DNA of 64,000 nucleotides from Alphaproteobacteria bacterium (GTDB lineage Bacteria; Pseudomonadota; Alphaproteobacteria; UBA828): NCBI GenBank assembly GCA_965221125.1, contig CBDCRW010000004.1, positions 1 to 64,000 of the forward strand, read 5' to 3'. Shown piece by piece: positions 11,790 to 20,572 of this stretch (position 1 is its first letter; each line of letters starts with the position of its first letter). The notes under the pieces were generated by a model. It saw only the letters and a program-made list of their open reading frames with translations, ran no database searches and was not told where the DNA came from. The position numbers and the translations under genes were made by a program.

Positions 11790-12986
11790 ATGACCCGTCA
11801 GAACGCGATCAAGGTCTCCAAGCGCACGGTCGACGCGCTGGCCGTCGAAAGCGGCGACGCGGTCTTCTGGGACCGTGACCTCGCCGGCTTCGGCGTCAGG
11901 GTCTACGCCACCGGGCGCAAGGTCTACGTCGTCCAGACGCGGGGACCGGGAGGGAGCCTGAAGCGCGTCACCCTTGGCGTGCATGGCGACGTCTCGCCTG
12001 ACGAGGCGCGCAAGGACGCGGCCGCGGTCATCGACCGCATCCGGCGCGGCGGGGAGCCGTTCCCGCCGCCCGAGGCGCCGGAGCCCACGGTGGCGGACCT
12101 GGCGGACCGCTACATGACGGCGCATGTCGAGATGAACTGCCGCCCGAAGACGGTCGAGACCTTCGGGCGCGCGGTCCGGCTCTACATCCTGCCCGAGCTG
12201 GGCCATCTCAAGCTGTCCGAGGTGGACCGGTCCCATGTGTCGGACCTGCATTACAAGATGCGCGACAAGCCGAGCCAGGCCAACCAGACCGTGGGCGTGC
12301 TGGCGAAGATGTTCAAATTGGCAGAGGCGTGGGGCATGACACCGCCCCGTCGCAATCCCTGCCGCTCGGTGCGGCCCTACAAGAAGAACCGGCGCGAGCG
12401 TTTCCTGACGCCGGAGGAATACCGGGAACTCGGCCGGGTGCTGGCGGAGGCCTCGACAGAGGGCGGGTTCCTTCCCTCGGGCGTCGCGGCGATCCGGCTC
12501 CTGCTGCTGACCGGCTGCCGCAAGGAAGAGATTGTCACCCTGCGCTGGGATGACATCGACCGGACGTCGGGGGAGATCCGGATCCGCGACGGCAAGACCG
12601 GCGCGCGGCGGGTGCCGCTGACACCGGCGATGGAACGGGTGCTGGCCGGAATAGAGAGGGTCGAAAACAACCCCTGGGTCATCACCGGCCAGAACCCGGG
12701 CGACCATCTGAAGAATCTGGACCAGATCTGGATGCGGCTGCGGAAGCGGGCGAAGCTCGAGGACGTGCGCATCCACGACGCGCGTCACAGCTTCGCCTCG
12801 CGGGCGCTGGCGATCGGAGAATCGCTGCCGACCATCGGGCGGCTGCTCGGCCATCGGCGGGTCACGACGACAGCGCGCTATGCGCATCTGGCGCGCGACA
12901 CCGAGCGGGCGTCGGCGGTCAAGGTCGGCGGCAGCATCGGCGCCGACATCCTGGGCAACGGGAAGTCCGCCCGAGAGCCCGCCTGA
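11790..12986 (+). CDS. Tyrosine integrase with N-terminal arm-binding domain (paralogue 1)
   Basis: WDRDLAGFGVRVYATGRKVYVVQ, LTGCRKEEI, KTG, HDARHSFAS, LLGH, TTARYAH. Confidence 0.95.
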   Translation: MTRQNAIKVSKRTVDALAVESGDAVFWDRDLAGFGVRVYATGRKVYVVQTRGPGGSLKRVTLGVHGDVSPDEARKDAAAVIDRIRRGGEPFPPPEAPEPTVADLADRYMTAHVEMNCRPKTVETFGRAVRLYILPELGHLKLSEVDRSHVSDLHYKMRDKPSQANQTVGVLAKMFKLAEAWGMTPPRRNPCRSVRPYKKNRRERFLTPEEYRELGRVLAEASTEGGFLPSGVAAIRLLLLTGCRKEEIVTLRWDDIDRTSGEIRIRDGKTGARRVPLTPAMERVLAGIERVENNPWVITGQNPGDHLKNLDQIWMRLRKRAKLEDVRIHDARHSFASRALAIGESLPTIGRLLGHRRVTTTARYAHLARDTERASAVKVGGSIGADILGNGKSAREPA

Positions 12987-13017
12987 AGCGGTCCCGGGAA
13001 CTCGGAAGGAAAGGCGG

Positions 13018-14196
13018 ATGGCGCGGTTGAGCGGGAAGACCATTTCGAAGCGCACGGTCGAGGCGCTGAAGGTCGACAAGGACACCATATTCTGGGACCG
13101 GGACCTCCCCGGCTTCGGCTTGAGGGTCCATCCCTCGGGGCGCAAGGTCTACATCGTCCAGACCCGCGAGCGCGGCAAGCCGGCGAAGCGGGTGACGGTG
13201 GGCCGGCACGGCGTCATCACCGCCGAGGAGGCGCGCCAGCGGGCGGCGCTGATCGTCGCGCGCATCAAGGCCGGCGAGGACCCGGTGGCCGAGCCGCTGA
13301 CGGCGAAGCCGGCCGGGGGGCCGACGGTGGGTGAGCTTGCGGAACGCTGGCTGGAGGAGCATGTCGGGACGCGCTGCAAGCCCTCGACGGCCGAGACCTA
13401 CCGGCTGACGGTGGCCAAGCACATCGTTCCGGCGCTCGGAAAGAGGCCCGCGCTTGCAATCGAGCATAGCCACGTCACGGAGCTGCACCACGGCCTGCGG
13501 CACATCCCTTTCATGGCTAACCGGGTGGTGGACACGCTATCGCGCATCTACAACGCGGCCGAGGATCGCGGGTCGATCCCGGAGGCGAGCAACCCCTGCC
13601 GGCTGGTGGTGAAGTTCCGGGAACGCGCGCGCGACCGGTTCCTGACCGAGGGGGAGTTCCGGCGCCTGGGCCAGGTGCTTGACGAGGCGGAAACCCGCAA
13701 GGGGGTCTCGGTCCATGCGGTCGCGGCGATCCGGCTGCTGCTTCTCACCGGCTGCCGCAAGGGCGAGATCCTGAACCTGCGCTGGAGCGAGGTGGACCTG
13801 GAGGCGAGCGAGCTTCGGCTGGCGGACACGAAGACGGGCCCCCGGACGATTTCGCTGTCGCCGGAGGCGGCGGGTGTGCTGGCGGCGATTCCGCGCGTGG
13901 ACGGCAACCCGTTCGTGATTCCGGGAAGGATCAAGGGGAAGGCGATGCGCAACCTCAACGATCCCTGGGAGATCGTCTGCGAGCGCGCCGGGCTGGAGGA
14001 CCTGCGCATACACGACGCGCGGCACAGCTACGCCTCCCGGGCGCTGGCGCTCGGGGAATCGCTGCCGATGATCGGCCGGCTGCTCGGCCACACGCAGGTG
14101 GAGACGACCGCGCGCTATGCGCATCTGGCGGAGGACTCGCTGCGCGACTCGGCAGTGCGAATCTCCGACAGCATCGCGGCCGACCTGGAAGTGTGA
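13018..14196 (+). CDS. Tyrosine integrase with N-terminal arm-binding domain (paralogue 2)
   Basis: MARLSGKTISKRTVEAL, WDRDLPGFGLRV, LTGCRKGEI, KTG, HDARHSYAS, LLGH, TTARYAH. Confidence 0.95.
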   Translation: MARLSGKTISKRTVEALKVDKDTIFWDRDLPGFGLRVHPSGRKVYIVQTRERGKPAKRVTVGRHGVITAEEARQRAALIVARIKAGEDPVAEPLTAKPAGGPTVGELAERWLEEHVGTRCKPSTAETYRLTVAKHIVPALGKRPALAIEHSHVTELHHGLRHIPFMANRVVDTLSRIYNAAEDRGSIPEASNPCRLVVKFRERARDRFLTEGEFRRLGQVLDEAETRKGVSVHAVAAIRLLLLTGCRKGEILNLRWSEVDLEASELRLADTKTGPRTISLSPEAAGVLAAIPRVDGNPFVIPGRIKGKAMRNLNDPWEIVCERAGLEDLRIHDARHSYASRALALGESLPMIGRLLGHTQVETTARYAHLAEDSLRDSAVRISDSIAADLEV

Positions 14197-14418
14197 TGTG
14201 ATGTCCGCCGCCCGTGTCGTCCGCTCTGCGTCGGTAATGTGGCGCCGAACCGCAAAGGCCGGAGGCCGGCGCCGGCGAAGCGGCTCCGAATCGGGGGGGA
14301 CCGAAGCCACGGCGGCTTGGATGATGCAAGGGAGAGATCGGTTCAAGCGGGCCGCGAAGATCATCTTCGGACCGGCACTTGCGGTCCCGGATTCCTTGCC
14401 GCATATCCGCATATCCGA

Positions 14419-14447
14419 TTGACCGAAGCGACGGCCAAGAGTAAAAT
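14419..14447 (+). promoter_or_regulatory. Sigma70 promoter upstream of the NYN gene
   Basis: TTGACC-17 bp-TAAAAT. Confidence 0.75.
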
Positions 14448-14453
14448 CTCATG

Positions 14454-14530
14454 CAGTTATCCGCTACGCCCGTAGGCGGGCATCTATCTGGAGACCCTCC
14501 GCGGGACGAACCTGTGGAGGGTCTCTTCGT
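14454..14530 (+). ncRNA. Putative structured leader/small RNA upstream of the NYN gene
   Basis: Hairpin GCCCG-TAGG-CGGGC, then a 15-bp stem GAGACCCTCCGCGGG-ACGAA-CCTGTGGAGGGTCTC (two G-U pairs) that buries the GGAGG. Confidence 0.45.
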
Positions 14531-15118
14531 TTGAAAGCGGCGGTATTCATCGACGGCGGGCATCTTCGGGTGTTGGCCCGGCAAGCAGGCTACAGGTACG
14601 ACCCGGATTACATTGAGGCTGTCGCCCATGCCTGCGTAGCCGGGGACGAAACCCTGCTTCGGGTGCTCTATTACGACTGTGCGCCCTATCGGGGAAACCC
14701 GAAGCTGCCGGTTTCTGGCGAGCCCGCGGTATTCCAAGGCTCGGACGAATGGCTGAAAGCGCTAGCGGCAAAGTCGCTGTTCGCGGTTCGACTCGGCACG
14801 CTCAAGTTTCGAGGGTTCGAACCGAAACGGGTCCCCATCACCTCAACAGCGCTCTCCGACGAGGACTTCAAGCCGCGCTTCGAGCAGAAGGGCGTCGATA
14901 TGCGGCTTGGCCTCGACATCGCATCCTACGCCGCCGACCGGTCTATCGACCGGGTCATCCTGGTTACCGGCGATACGGATTGCCTGCCGGTGATGAAGCG
15001 CGCTCGGACCGCTGGGTTGCAAGTAGTGCTCGTGCAATTTCCCAAGCAGCGGCTTGCAAGAGAGCTTCTGTGGCACTCCGACTTTCAGAGGCCCGTCGAA
15101 TGGCCCGATCAGGATTGA
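14531..15118 (+). CDS. NYN (LabA/DUF88, PIN-like) domain ribonuclease
   Basis: TTG start. AVFIDGGH, YYDC, QKGVDMRLGLDI, LVTGDTD, ARTAGLQV. Confidence 0.9.
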   Translation: MKAAVFIDGGHLRVLARQAGYRYDPDYIEAVAHACVAGDETLLRVLYYDCAPYRGNPKLPVSGEPAVFQGSDEWLKALAAKSLFAVRLGTLKFRGFEPKRVPITSTALSDEDFKPRFEQKGVDMRLGLDIASYAADRSIDRVILVTGDTDCLPVMKRARTAGLQVVLVQFPKQRLARELLWHSDFQRPVEWPDQD

Positions 15119-15181
15119 TGTTGATTGCGGGAGGCATCATGACCTTAATGAACAGAATAGCAGCAGTTTAGATGGAAGGGA

Positions 15182-15763
15182 ATGACGATAGACGAAAGAA
15201 AGGGCTCCTCCAATCGTCTTTATCAGGATTGTGATTGTAAAGTGCGAATGGACTTAATCAGGCTGGTTGTGGGTATAGTGGCGGCATTTGGCTCTACCTT
15301 CTCAGGCGTTTGGCTTGCCCATTTTGTAGAGCGTAATGAAAGAATGGCGCAAAGGGAGGCTGATTTCAGGAATGTCGTCGAAATTCTTAGAGATGGTTGT
15401 GAGCTAGAGAAGATGCAACAGATCGAACAAGGGAAATCAGCCCCCATAATCGTATCAGATCTTCTCACAGATCCGATCCAAAACAATATACTTTTGTTGG
15501 GCAATCTAATGGAAGATGAAATGTGGACGCTTCTGGTTAGGTTATCACAGTTGGAAAGTGCCCAGACATGGCACAATAGAAAATTGGAATTCTATAGCAG
15601 AACCTTTTCCAGCATTGACCACATCGATCTAACAGATAGGGAGAAGGTGATCAAGGAACGAACTGAGAAAGAGATAATCGACGCGAAGGTAGATTATAGC
15701 AGATCGCTACAAAATGTCTGTGATGTTTTCGGTTCTACTCTTGAGATTTTGGATGCCAATTGA
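15182..15763 (+). CDS. Hypothetical low-GC protein with an N-terminal TM helix
   Basis: Long ORF in an AT-rich patch. Hydrophobic LIRLVVGIVAAFGSTFSGVWLA. Start may be 15248. Confidence 0.6.
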   Translation: MTIDERKGSSNRLYQDCDCKVRMDLIRLVVGIVAAFGSTFSGVWLAHFVERNERMAQREADFRNVVEILRDGCELEKMQQIEQGKSAPIIVSDLLTDPIQNNILLLGNLMEDEMWTLLVRLSQLESAQTWHNRKLEFYSRTFSSIDHIDLTDREKVIKERTEKEIIDAKVDYSRSLQNVCDVFGSTLEILDAN

Positions 15764-16051
15764 TCAATAGGCGACTATCGGTCAGGTGAAGCCAACTCAT
15801 GGTGGCCGGATGGAGTCGTCGGGGTATGAAGTTAAGGATGTGTCCGCGCTTCATAACGCGGTTTGGTGTACTCGCGGGAGCTGTTTGGTAAGCCGGTATG
15901 TTCTTCGATTGTGGCTTCCATGACGGCGATTAGCGTGCAGTTGACTGGTGGCTCAGCACGCTTCATGTCCCACCTGTCACGAGCCAGGATCCTCTGACCC
16001 GTACCCTAAAGAGTGCTGACTCGATGCGGTTTGGTTCACCAATTTTCACAT

Positions 16052-16498
16052 CTAGGACACGATCTTGCTCAAAGGCATCTTGCTGAGTGTGGCCCAGCTG
16101 CATTCCTCACATTTGTCAAAGTACTGGCTAAGTATCTTGTACCCGTCTATTGTTTGAATTTGATATGCAAAATTGGCTGGAACAATAATCCAGTCTCCTG
16201 CTTTGTATTCGATACCATTCAATTCAAGCGAGCCATCAAGAATATAGCGCAAGACCGGTTCAGTGTGAGAGTGTTCAGGAATAACTGTTCCGGCTTCAAC
16301 AACGGTGATCAGATGCAAATTCCAATAAGAGCAATCAATGGGAACGAAGAATTTTTTTACTTCCGGTTCATTGAAAAGCTTGTGTTTCGCCTCGCTCCAC
16401 CACTCTCCACTCCGATAATTCTTGCTGCTAACGATATTATCGATCTTCAGGGGATCGATAATTTCTGCAGGCGGTATGTCACAGGCGAATGTCGGCAT
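16052..16498 (-). CDS. Cupin-domain protein (low GC)
   Basis: RBS GGAGGA. AGTVIPEHSHTEPVLRYILDGSLELNGIEYKAGDWIIVPANFAY. Confidence 0.75.
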   Translation of the reverse strand: MPTFACDIPPAEIIDPLKIDNIVSSKNYRSGEWWSEAKHKLFNEPEVKKFFVPIDCSYWNLHLITVVEAGTVIPEHSHTEPVLRYILDGSLELNGIEYKAGDWIIVPANFAYQIQTIDGYKILSQYFDKCEECSWATLSKMPLSKIVS

Positions 16499-17519
16499 CT
16501 CTTCCTCCAGGTGACTTGTTTTCTGGAATGGCCTCACGGCCGTTCACGTGATGGTATCGTGCTGATTCAGAGTGTCTTCAATGTGGGCTCCTCAACGACG
16601 ACATGTTTAGCGTCGCGCTCGTGTGCCTCGACTCATTCAGCGTGTCCACCTGCGGTCCGCCTAGTAGCGGGCCGAACTGCCGCAGAGGGCGCATCATGGT
16701 TAGGATCGAAGCTTGGACCTCGAACTGAACAGCAAAGCATCCATGTCTCGAACTCCTCGGCAATCTGAACCCGCCATGTAATGACGGCAGGATGGGGTTG
16801 CCGGAATATGAAGTCAAGCACATGTCCGCGCTCCTCGGCGCGGTCGAGTGCGCTCACGATATCCGATGGGTCAGGCGACGCGTGTCCTTCCGCGATGACG
16901 CCCGAAACCAGCGCGAAATGGGAATCATCCGCTGTCGGCAGGCGCGGCGGGACACTATGTGTCCCGCCGCGGTGGCTCAGGACCCACAGGCCCGAAACCC
17001 GAGCGTTGCCGGCGCCCTCCGAGTCACTTGCAACGGAGGAAACCCCCGAGGTCCACGGCATTTGCGGACAGTCGGCGCTTTGCGAAGGAAGGTCGCTGGG
17101 AATCGATGGGGAATCGTCAGGACTCGAAGGGCGGTCGGTCGCGGTCGGTCTCTGTCGTCTCCGGCGACGGCCAGGCATGGGGAAGCGGATTTCGAGGCGG
17201 TCGTGCAGCAGACGGCGGCAACCGCGCGGATCGCTGCGACAACGAACCGCCCGGCCGTGCGCTCACCCCTGTCCGTGCTCCGGTCAGAAAAATCGCGGGA
17301 GGCTTTACATTGCCGCCGGAATTGCGCTAATGATCGCAGCGGGTTGACGGGCGACGTTCGGCGGGCGGATGTGTTTGTACGCCCCGCGTAGCGGACGGGA
17401 GCCTCGGGGGCAATGCGATGGACAAGGTGGAGGACAGGCAGGTTCCGGCCCGCGCCGCGGCGTCCGCGCTGTCGCCCGGCCTGCGCGCCCGAGGCAGGAG
17501 AATTTTTCCGGCCGGGGGC

Positions 17520-17551
17520 TTGACAAGTGACCGTGATGTTCCCGGTATAAT
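17520..17551 (+). promoter_or_regulatory. Consensus -35/-10 promoter with a 20-bp spacer
   Basis: TTGACA (17520-17525) and TATAAT (17546-17551). Confidence 0.55.
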
Positions 17552-17788
17552 CAGCCGGTCAGCCGGTCAGCCGGTCAGCCGGTCAGCCGGTCAGCCGGTC
17601 AGCCGGTCAGCCGGTCAGCCGGTCAGCCGGTCAGCCGGTCAGCCGGTCAGCCGGTCAGCCGGTCAGCCGGTCAGCCGGTCAGCCGGTCAGCCGGTCAGCC
17701 GGTCAGCCGGTCAGCCGGTCAGCCGGTCAGCCGGTCAGCCGGTCAGCCGGTCAGCCGGTCAGCCGGTCAGCCGGTCAGCCGGTCAGCC
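17551..17788 (+). repeat. Perfect tandem octamer repeat (TCAGCCGG)x29 plus a partial copy
   Basis: Directly visible, no spacers. Confidence 0.98.
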
Positions 17789-17811
17789 CCACCTGGGTCT
17801 GCGTTCCGGCC

Positions 17812-20559
17812 ATGACCTCGGCGGCATGGCCGCGCCGCCGGAAGGGGCCGCCCTCCCGGCCTGACGCCTCCCCTTCCGCCGGCACGGGTTCCACCCGCCG
17901 GCCACCTTCCTCCTCCCACGCATTCTTCCCCGGCGCGGCCTGCGCGGCCGCGGTTCTGCTGCTGGCGCTGCCCTGCGCCCCGGCCCTGGCCGCCGACGGC
18001 CCTGAGGCCGCCCGGGAGATCGCCTACCCCGAAGGCTCGGTCGCCCGCGTCCTGAGCCTGCCTGTCGACACGCCTTCGGACGCCTGGCGCCTGTCGGGAC
18101 CGGACGCGGCGCGGTTCCGGATCGAGGCGGGGGCGCTCCGCTTCGCCGCCCCGCCCGATTTCGAGAAGCCGGAGGATGCGGACGGGAACAACCGTTACGC
18201 GGTGACGCTGCGCCGCGCCGATGCGGACGGCGAGGCGATGGCCGTCGCCGTGCGGGTGGACGACCGCGACGAACCGGGCCGTGCGACAGCGCTGCCGCGG
18301 CGCAGCGTCGTCGGCGAGCCGGTGACGGTGAGCCTGACCGACCCTGACCGCGCCGATAACGCCCCCGCCCCGACGGTGCAATGGGAACGCTGGCGGGCAC
18401 CCGGAGAGTGGCAGGCGATCCCGCAGGCGACCGGGCTCCGCTACACCCCGACGGCCGCCGACGCCGGCCGTCCCCTCCGTGCCGTGGTCTCGTATGCCGA
18501 CCGCCACGGCCCGGACCGACAGGCGGTGGCGGAGTTGCCCAACCCCGTCGTCGGCCCGATGCTGTCCGCGCTCACGGCGCAGACCGACAGCGCGCGGTCG
18601 CGGCCGGCCTCCGAGGACCCCGCCCCGCGCCCGGCCTTCGATCCCCGCATCCTGCATTACGGGGTGCGGTGCGACGAACGCGACGTGATGACGGTCTCGT
18701 TCTCTGCCCCTCCGGGCGTCCGGGTCTCGGTGAACGGCATCCAGCCCCGTCCGGGACAGGAGGGATCGGCGGCGGTCCCGGTCACGCCGACAAGCGACGT
18801 GGCGGTGACGGTCGCGGCAGCCGACGGGGCGTGGACGACCTACACGCTCCACTGCATGCCGCCCGAGCTGTGGGCGATCCGCACCGGGCCCGATCCCGAC
18901 CGGCCTCTGGAGGCGCTGCTGGCATTGACCGGGGGTCCCTGGGTGGCGGTGCTCGACGAGCACGGCGTCTCGCGCGCCCATGTCCGGGCCGGGGGCGGCA
19001 CGGCGGGCTTCTTCCTGCGCCCCTTCGGGTCCGGTCCCGATCTCCGCTGGGCGCATTTCGAGCAGCTTGCGGAGGCGGAACGGAAGACGCCAGACGAGCA
19101 GCTGCTCCGCTGGCGGGTGCTCGACCGGGACCTCGCGCCATTGCGCACCGTCGCCACGGCTCTGCCGCTGACCACGACGGGGCGGCACGACTTCCGGCTG
19201 CTGGCGGATGGCTCGACGCTGCTGATGACCTACGAGCCGTCGGTGCGGGACCTGCGGGGGCTGGCGTTCCCGGACCGCGAGGGCAAGCCGTATGGCAAGG
19301 CCGTCGAGATGCAGGATTCGGCGATCCAGCTCCGGGGCCCGGACGGCGCGGTCCAATGGACCTGGAACTCCTGGGGCCGGCTGCCGCTGGAGGACTGCGC
19401 CCAGCACCGGTTCCCCGGCGACTGGGCCCATGTCAACTCCATCGAATGGACCGGTCAAGGCGTGCTGGCGTCCTTCCGGGGCTGCTCGACGGTCGTCATG
19501 ATCGACCCGCATGCAACGCCCGGCGAGGAGATCGTCTGGCGGCTCGGCGCGAGCAACCTCTCCCGCGACGACTGGCAGCGCCGCGGCCTGGGCCCGCCGC
19601 CGCTCCGCATCGTCGGCGATCCCGAGGGGGCGTTCTGCGGCCAGCACGCGGCGCAGCTTCTGCCTCCTCCTCCGGGCCTGACCCTGCCCCGCCTGCTGCT
19701 GTTCGACAACGGCGTGGCCTGCGTCGTCGATCCCCGGACCGGCAAGCCGTTCGGCCGTCCGTCCGGCGTCTACAGCCGGGCGGTGGAATACGCGCTCGAC
19801 CTCGAACATGGCGAGGCGGTCTTCGTGCGCGACCATGCGCTCGAGGGCGCGCGCGACATGCTCGGCCATGCCGGCGGGCATGTGGAACCCCTGCCGGACG
19901 GCGGCTGGCTGGTGAGCTGGGGCGGCCTCGGCCGCGCGTCGCCGGACCGGGTCGGCGGCAAACGGCCCTCGGACCTGGTGACGCGGGTCGATCCCGCGAC
20001 CGGCATGGAGACCTTCCGGATACCGGCGGCGGAGAGTGACGGAGCCCACCTGCGCCCCCTGCCGGCAAGCCCGCTCGCAACGATGCGCGCGCCGGGCCGG
20101 CTCGACGCCGTGCTGCCGGACGTGCCGCCGGCGGGGCATGGCGGCGCGGGAGAGACTGTCGAGGTCGCGGTGGCGTTCTCGCGCCCGGTGACGGCGTTCG
20201 GGCCCGAGACCGGCTCCGTCGCGGTCGCCGGCGGCGCGCTGGCGGAGGCCACGCCGCTCGACGGCTTCGGCCGTCCGGCCCATGCCTGGCGGCTGGTGCT
20301 GGCGCCCACGGGCGACGGGCCGCTGGAGCTGCGGTTCCGGGCCGGCGTCGCCTGTGCCCCCGGATCGGGGTCCGGGGCAGGCGGGTCGGATGAGGCCCCA
20401 GGCATCTGCACGGCGGATGGAGAGCGCCTGCGCGGCGTTCCGGATGCGATCGCGATCCCCCGGATCGGGGTCCGGGGCAGGCCCCGAAACATCGACGAAG
20501 GCGCCGCGCGGGACCGGGCGGCGGACGCGGGACACGCAACCCGCAGCAGACAGAATTGA
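17812..20559 (+). CDS. Secreted cadherin/Ig-like plus arylsulfotransferase (ASST-family) protein
   Basis: Signal peptide (..LLLALPCAPALA), cadherin-like PDFEKPEDADGNNRYAV, and ASST motifs RHDF, WAHVNSI, IVWRLG, FCGQHAA, LFDNG, SRAVEYALD, LVSWG. Confidence 0.75.
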   Translation: MTSAAWPRRRKGPPSRPDASPSAGTGSTRRPPSSSHAFFPGAACAAAVLLLALPCAPALAADGPEAAREIAYPEGSVARVLSLPVDTPSDAWRLSGPDAARFRIEAGALRFAAPPDFEKPEDADGNNRYAVTLRRADADGEAMAVAVRVDDRDEPGRATALPRRSVVGEPVTVSLTDPDRADNAPAPTVQWERWRAPGEWQAIPQATGLRYTPTAADAGRPLRAVVSYADRHGPDRQAVAELPNPVVGPMLSALTAQTDSARSRPASEDPAPRPAFDPRILHYGVRCDERDVMTVSFSAPPGVRVSVNGIQPRPGQEGSAAVPVTPTSDVAVTVAAADGAWTTYTLHCMPPELWAIRTGPDPDRPLEALLALTGGPWVAVLDEHGVSRAHVRAGGGTAGFFLRPFGSGPDLRWAHFEQLAEAERKTPDEQLLRWRVLDRDLAPLRTVATALPLTTTGRHDFRLLADGSTLLMTYEPSVRDLRGLAFPDREGKPYGKAVEMQDSAIQLRGPDGAVQWTWNSWGRLPLEDCAQHRFPGDWAHVNSIEWTGQGVLASFRGCSTVVMIDPHATPGEEIVWRLGASNLSRDDWQRRGLGPPPLRIVGDPEGAFCGQHAAQLLPPPPGLTLPRLLLFDNGVACVVDPRTGKPFGRPSGVYSRAVEYALDLEHGEAVFVRDHALEGARDMLGHAGGHVEPLPDGGWLVSWGGLGRASPDRVGGKRPSDLVTRVDPATGMETFRIPAAESDGAHLRPLPASPLATMRAPGRLDAVLPDVPPAGHGGAGETVEVAVAFSRPVTAFGPETGSVAVAGGALAEATPLDGFGRPAHAWRLVLAPTGDGPLELRFRAGVACAPGSGSGAGGSDEAPGICTADGERLRGVPDAIAIPRIGVRGRPRNIDEGAARDRAADAGHATRSRQN

Positions 20560-20572
20560 CTGGAGTGATGCG

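Noticed and set aside
16860-17500. Protein-coding genes between the cupin gene and the octamer repeat
   Set aside because: Overlapping ORFs in several frames with no recognisable motif or coding bias; probably decayed sequence.
17551-17788. CRISPR array
   Set aside because: 8-bp perfect tandem units with no spacers and no cas genes; this is a simple sequence repeat.
17418-17864. ORF encoding (SRSAGQPV)n
   Set aside because: A by-product of the stop-free octamer repeat; it runs across the promoter and has no other support.
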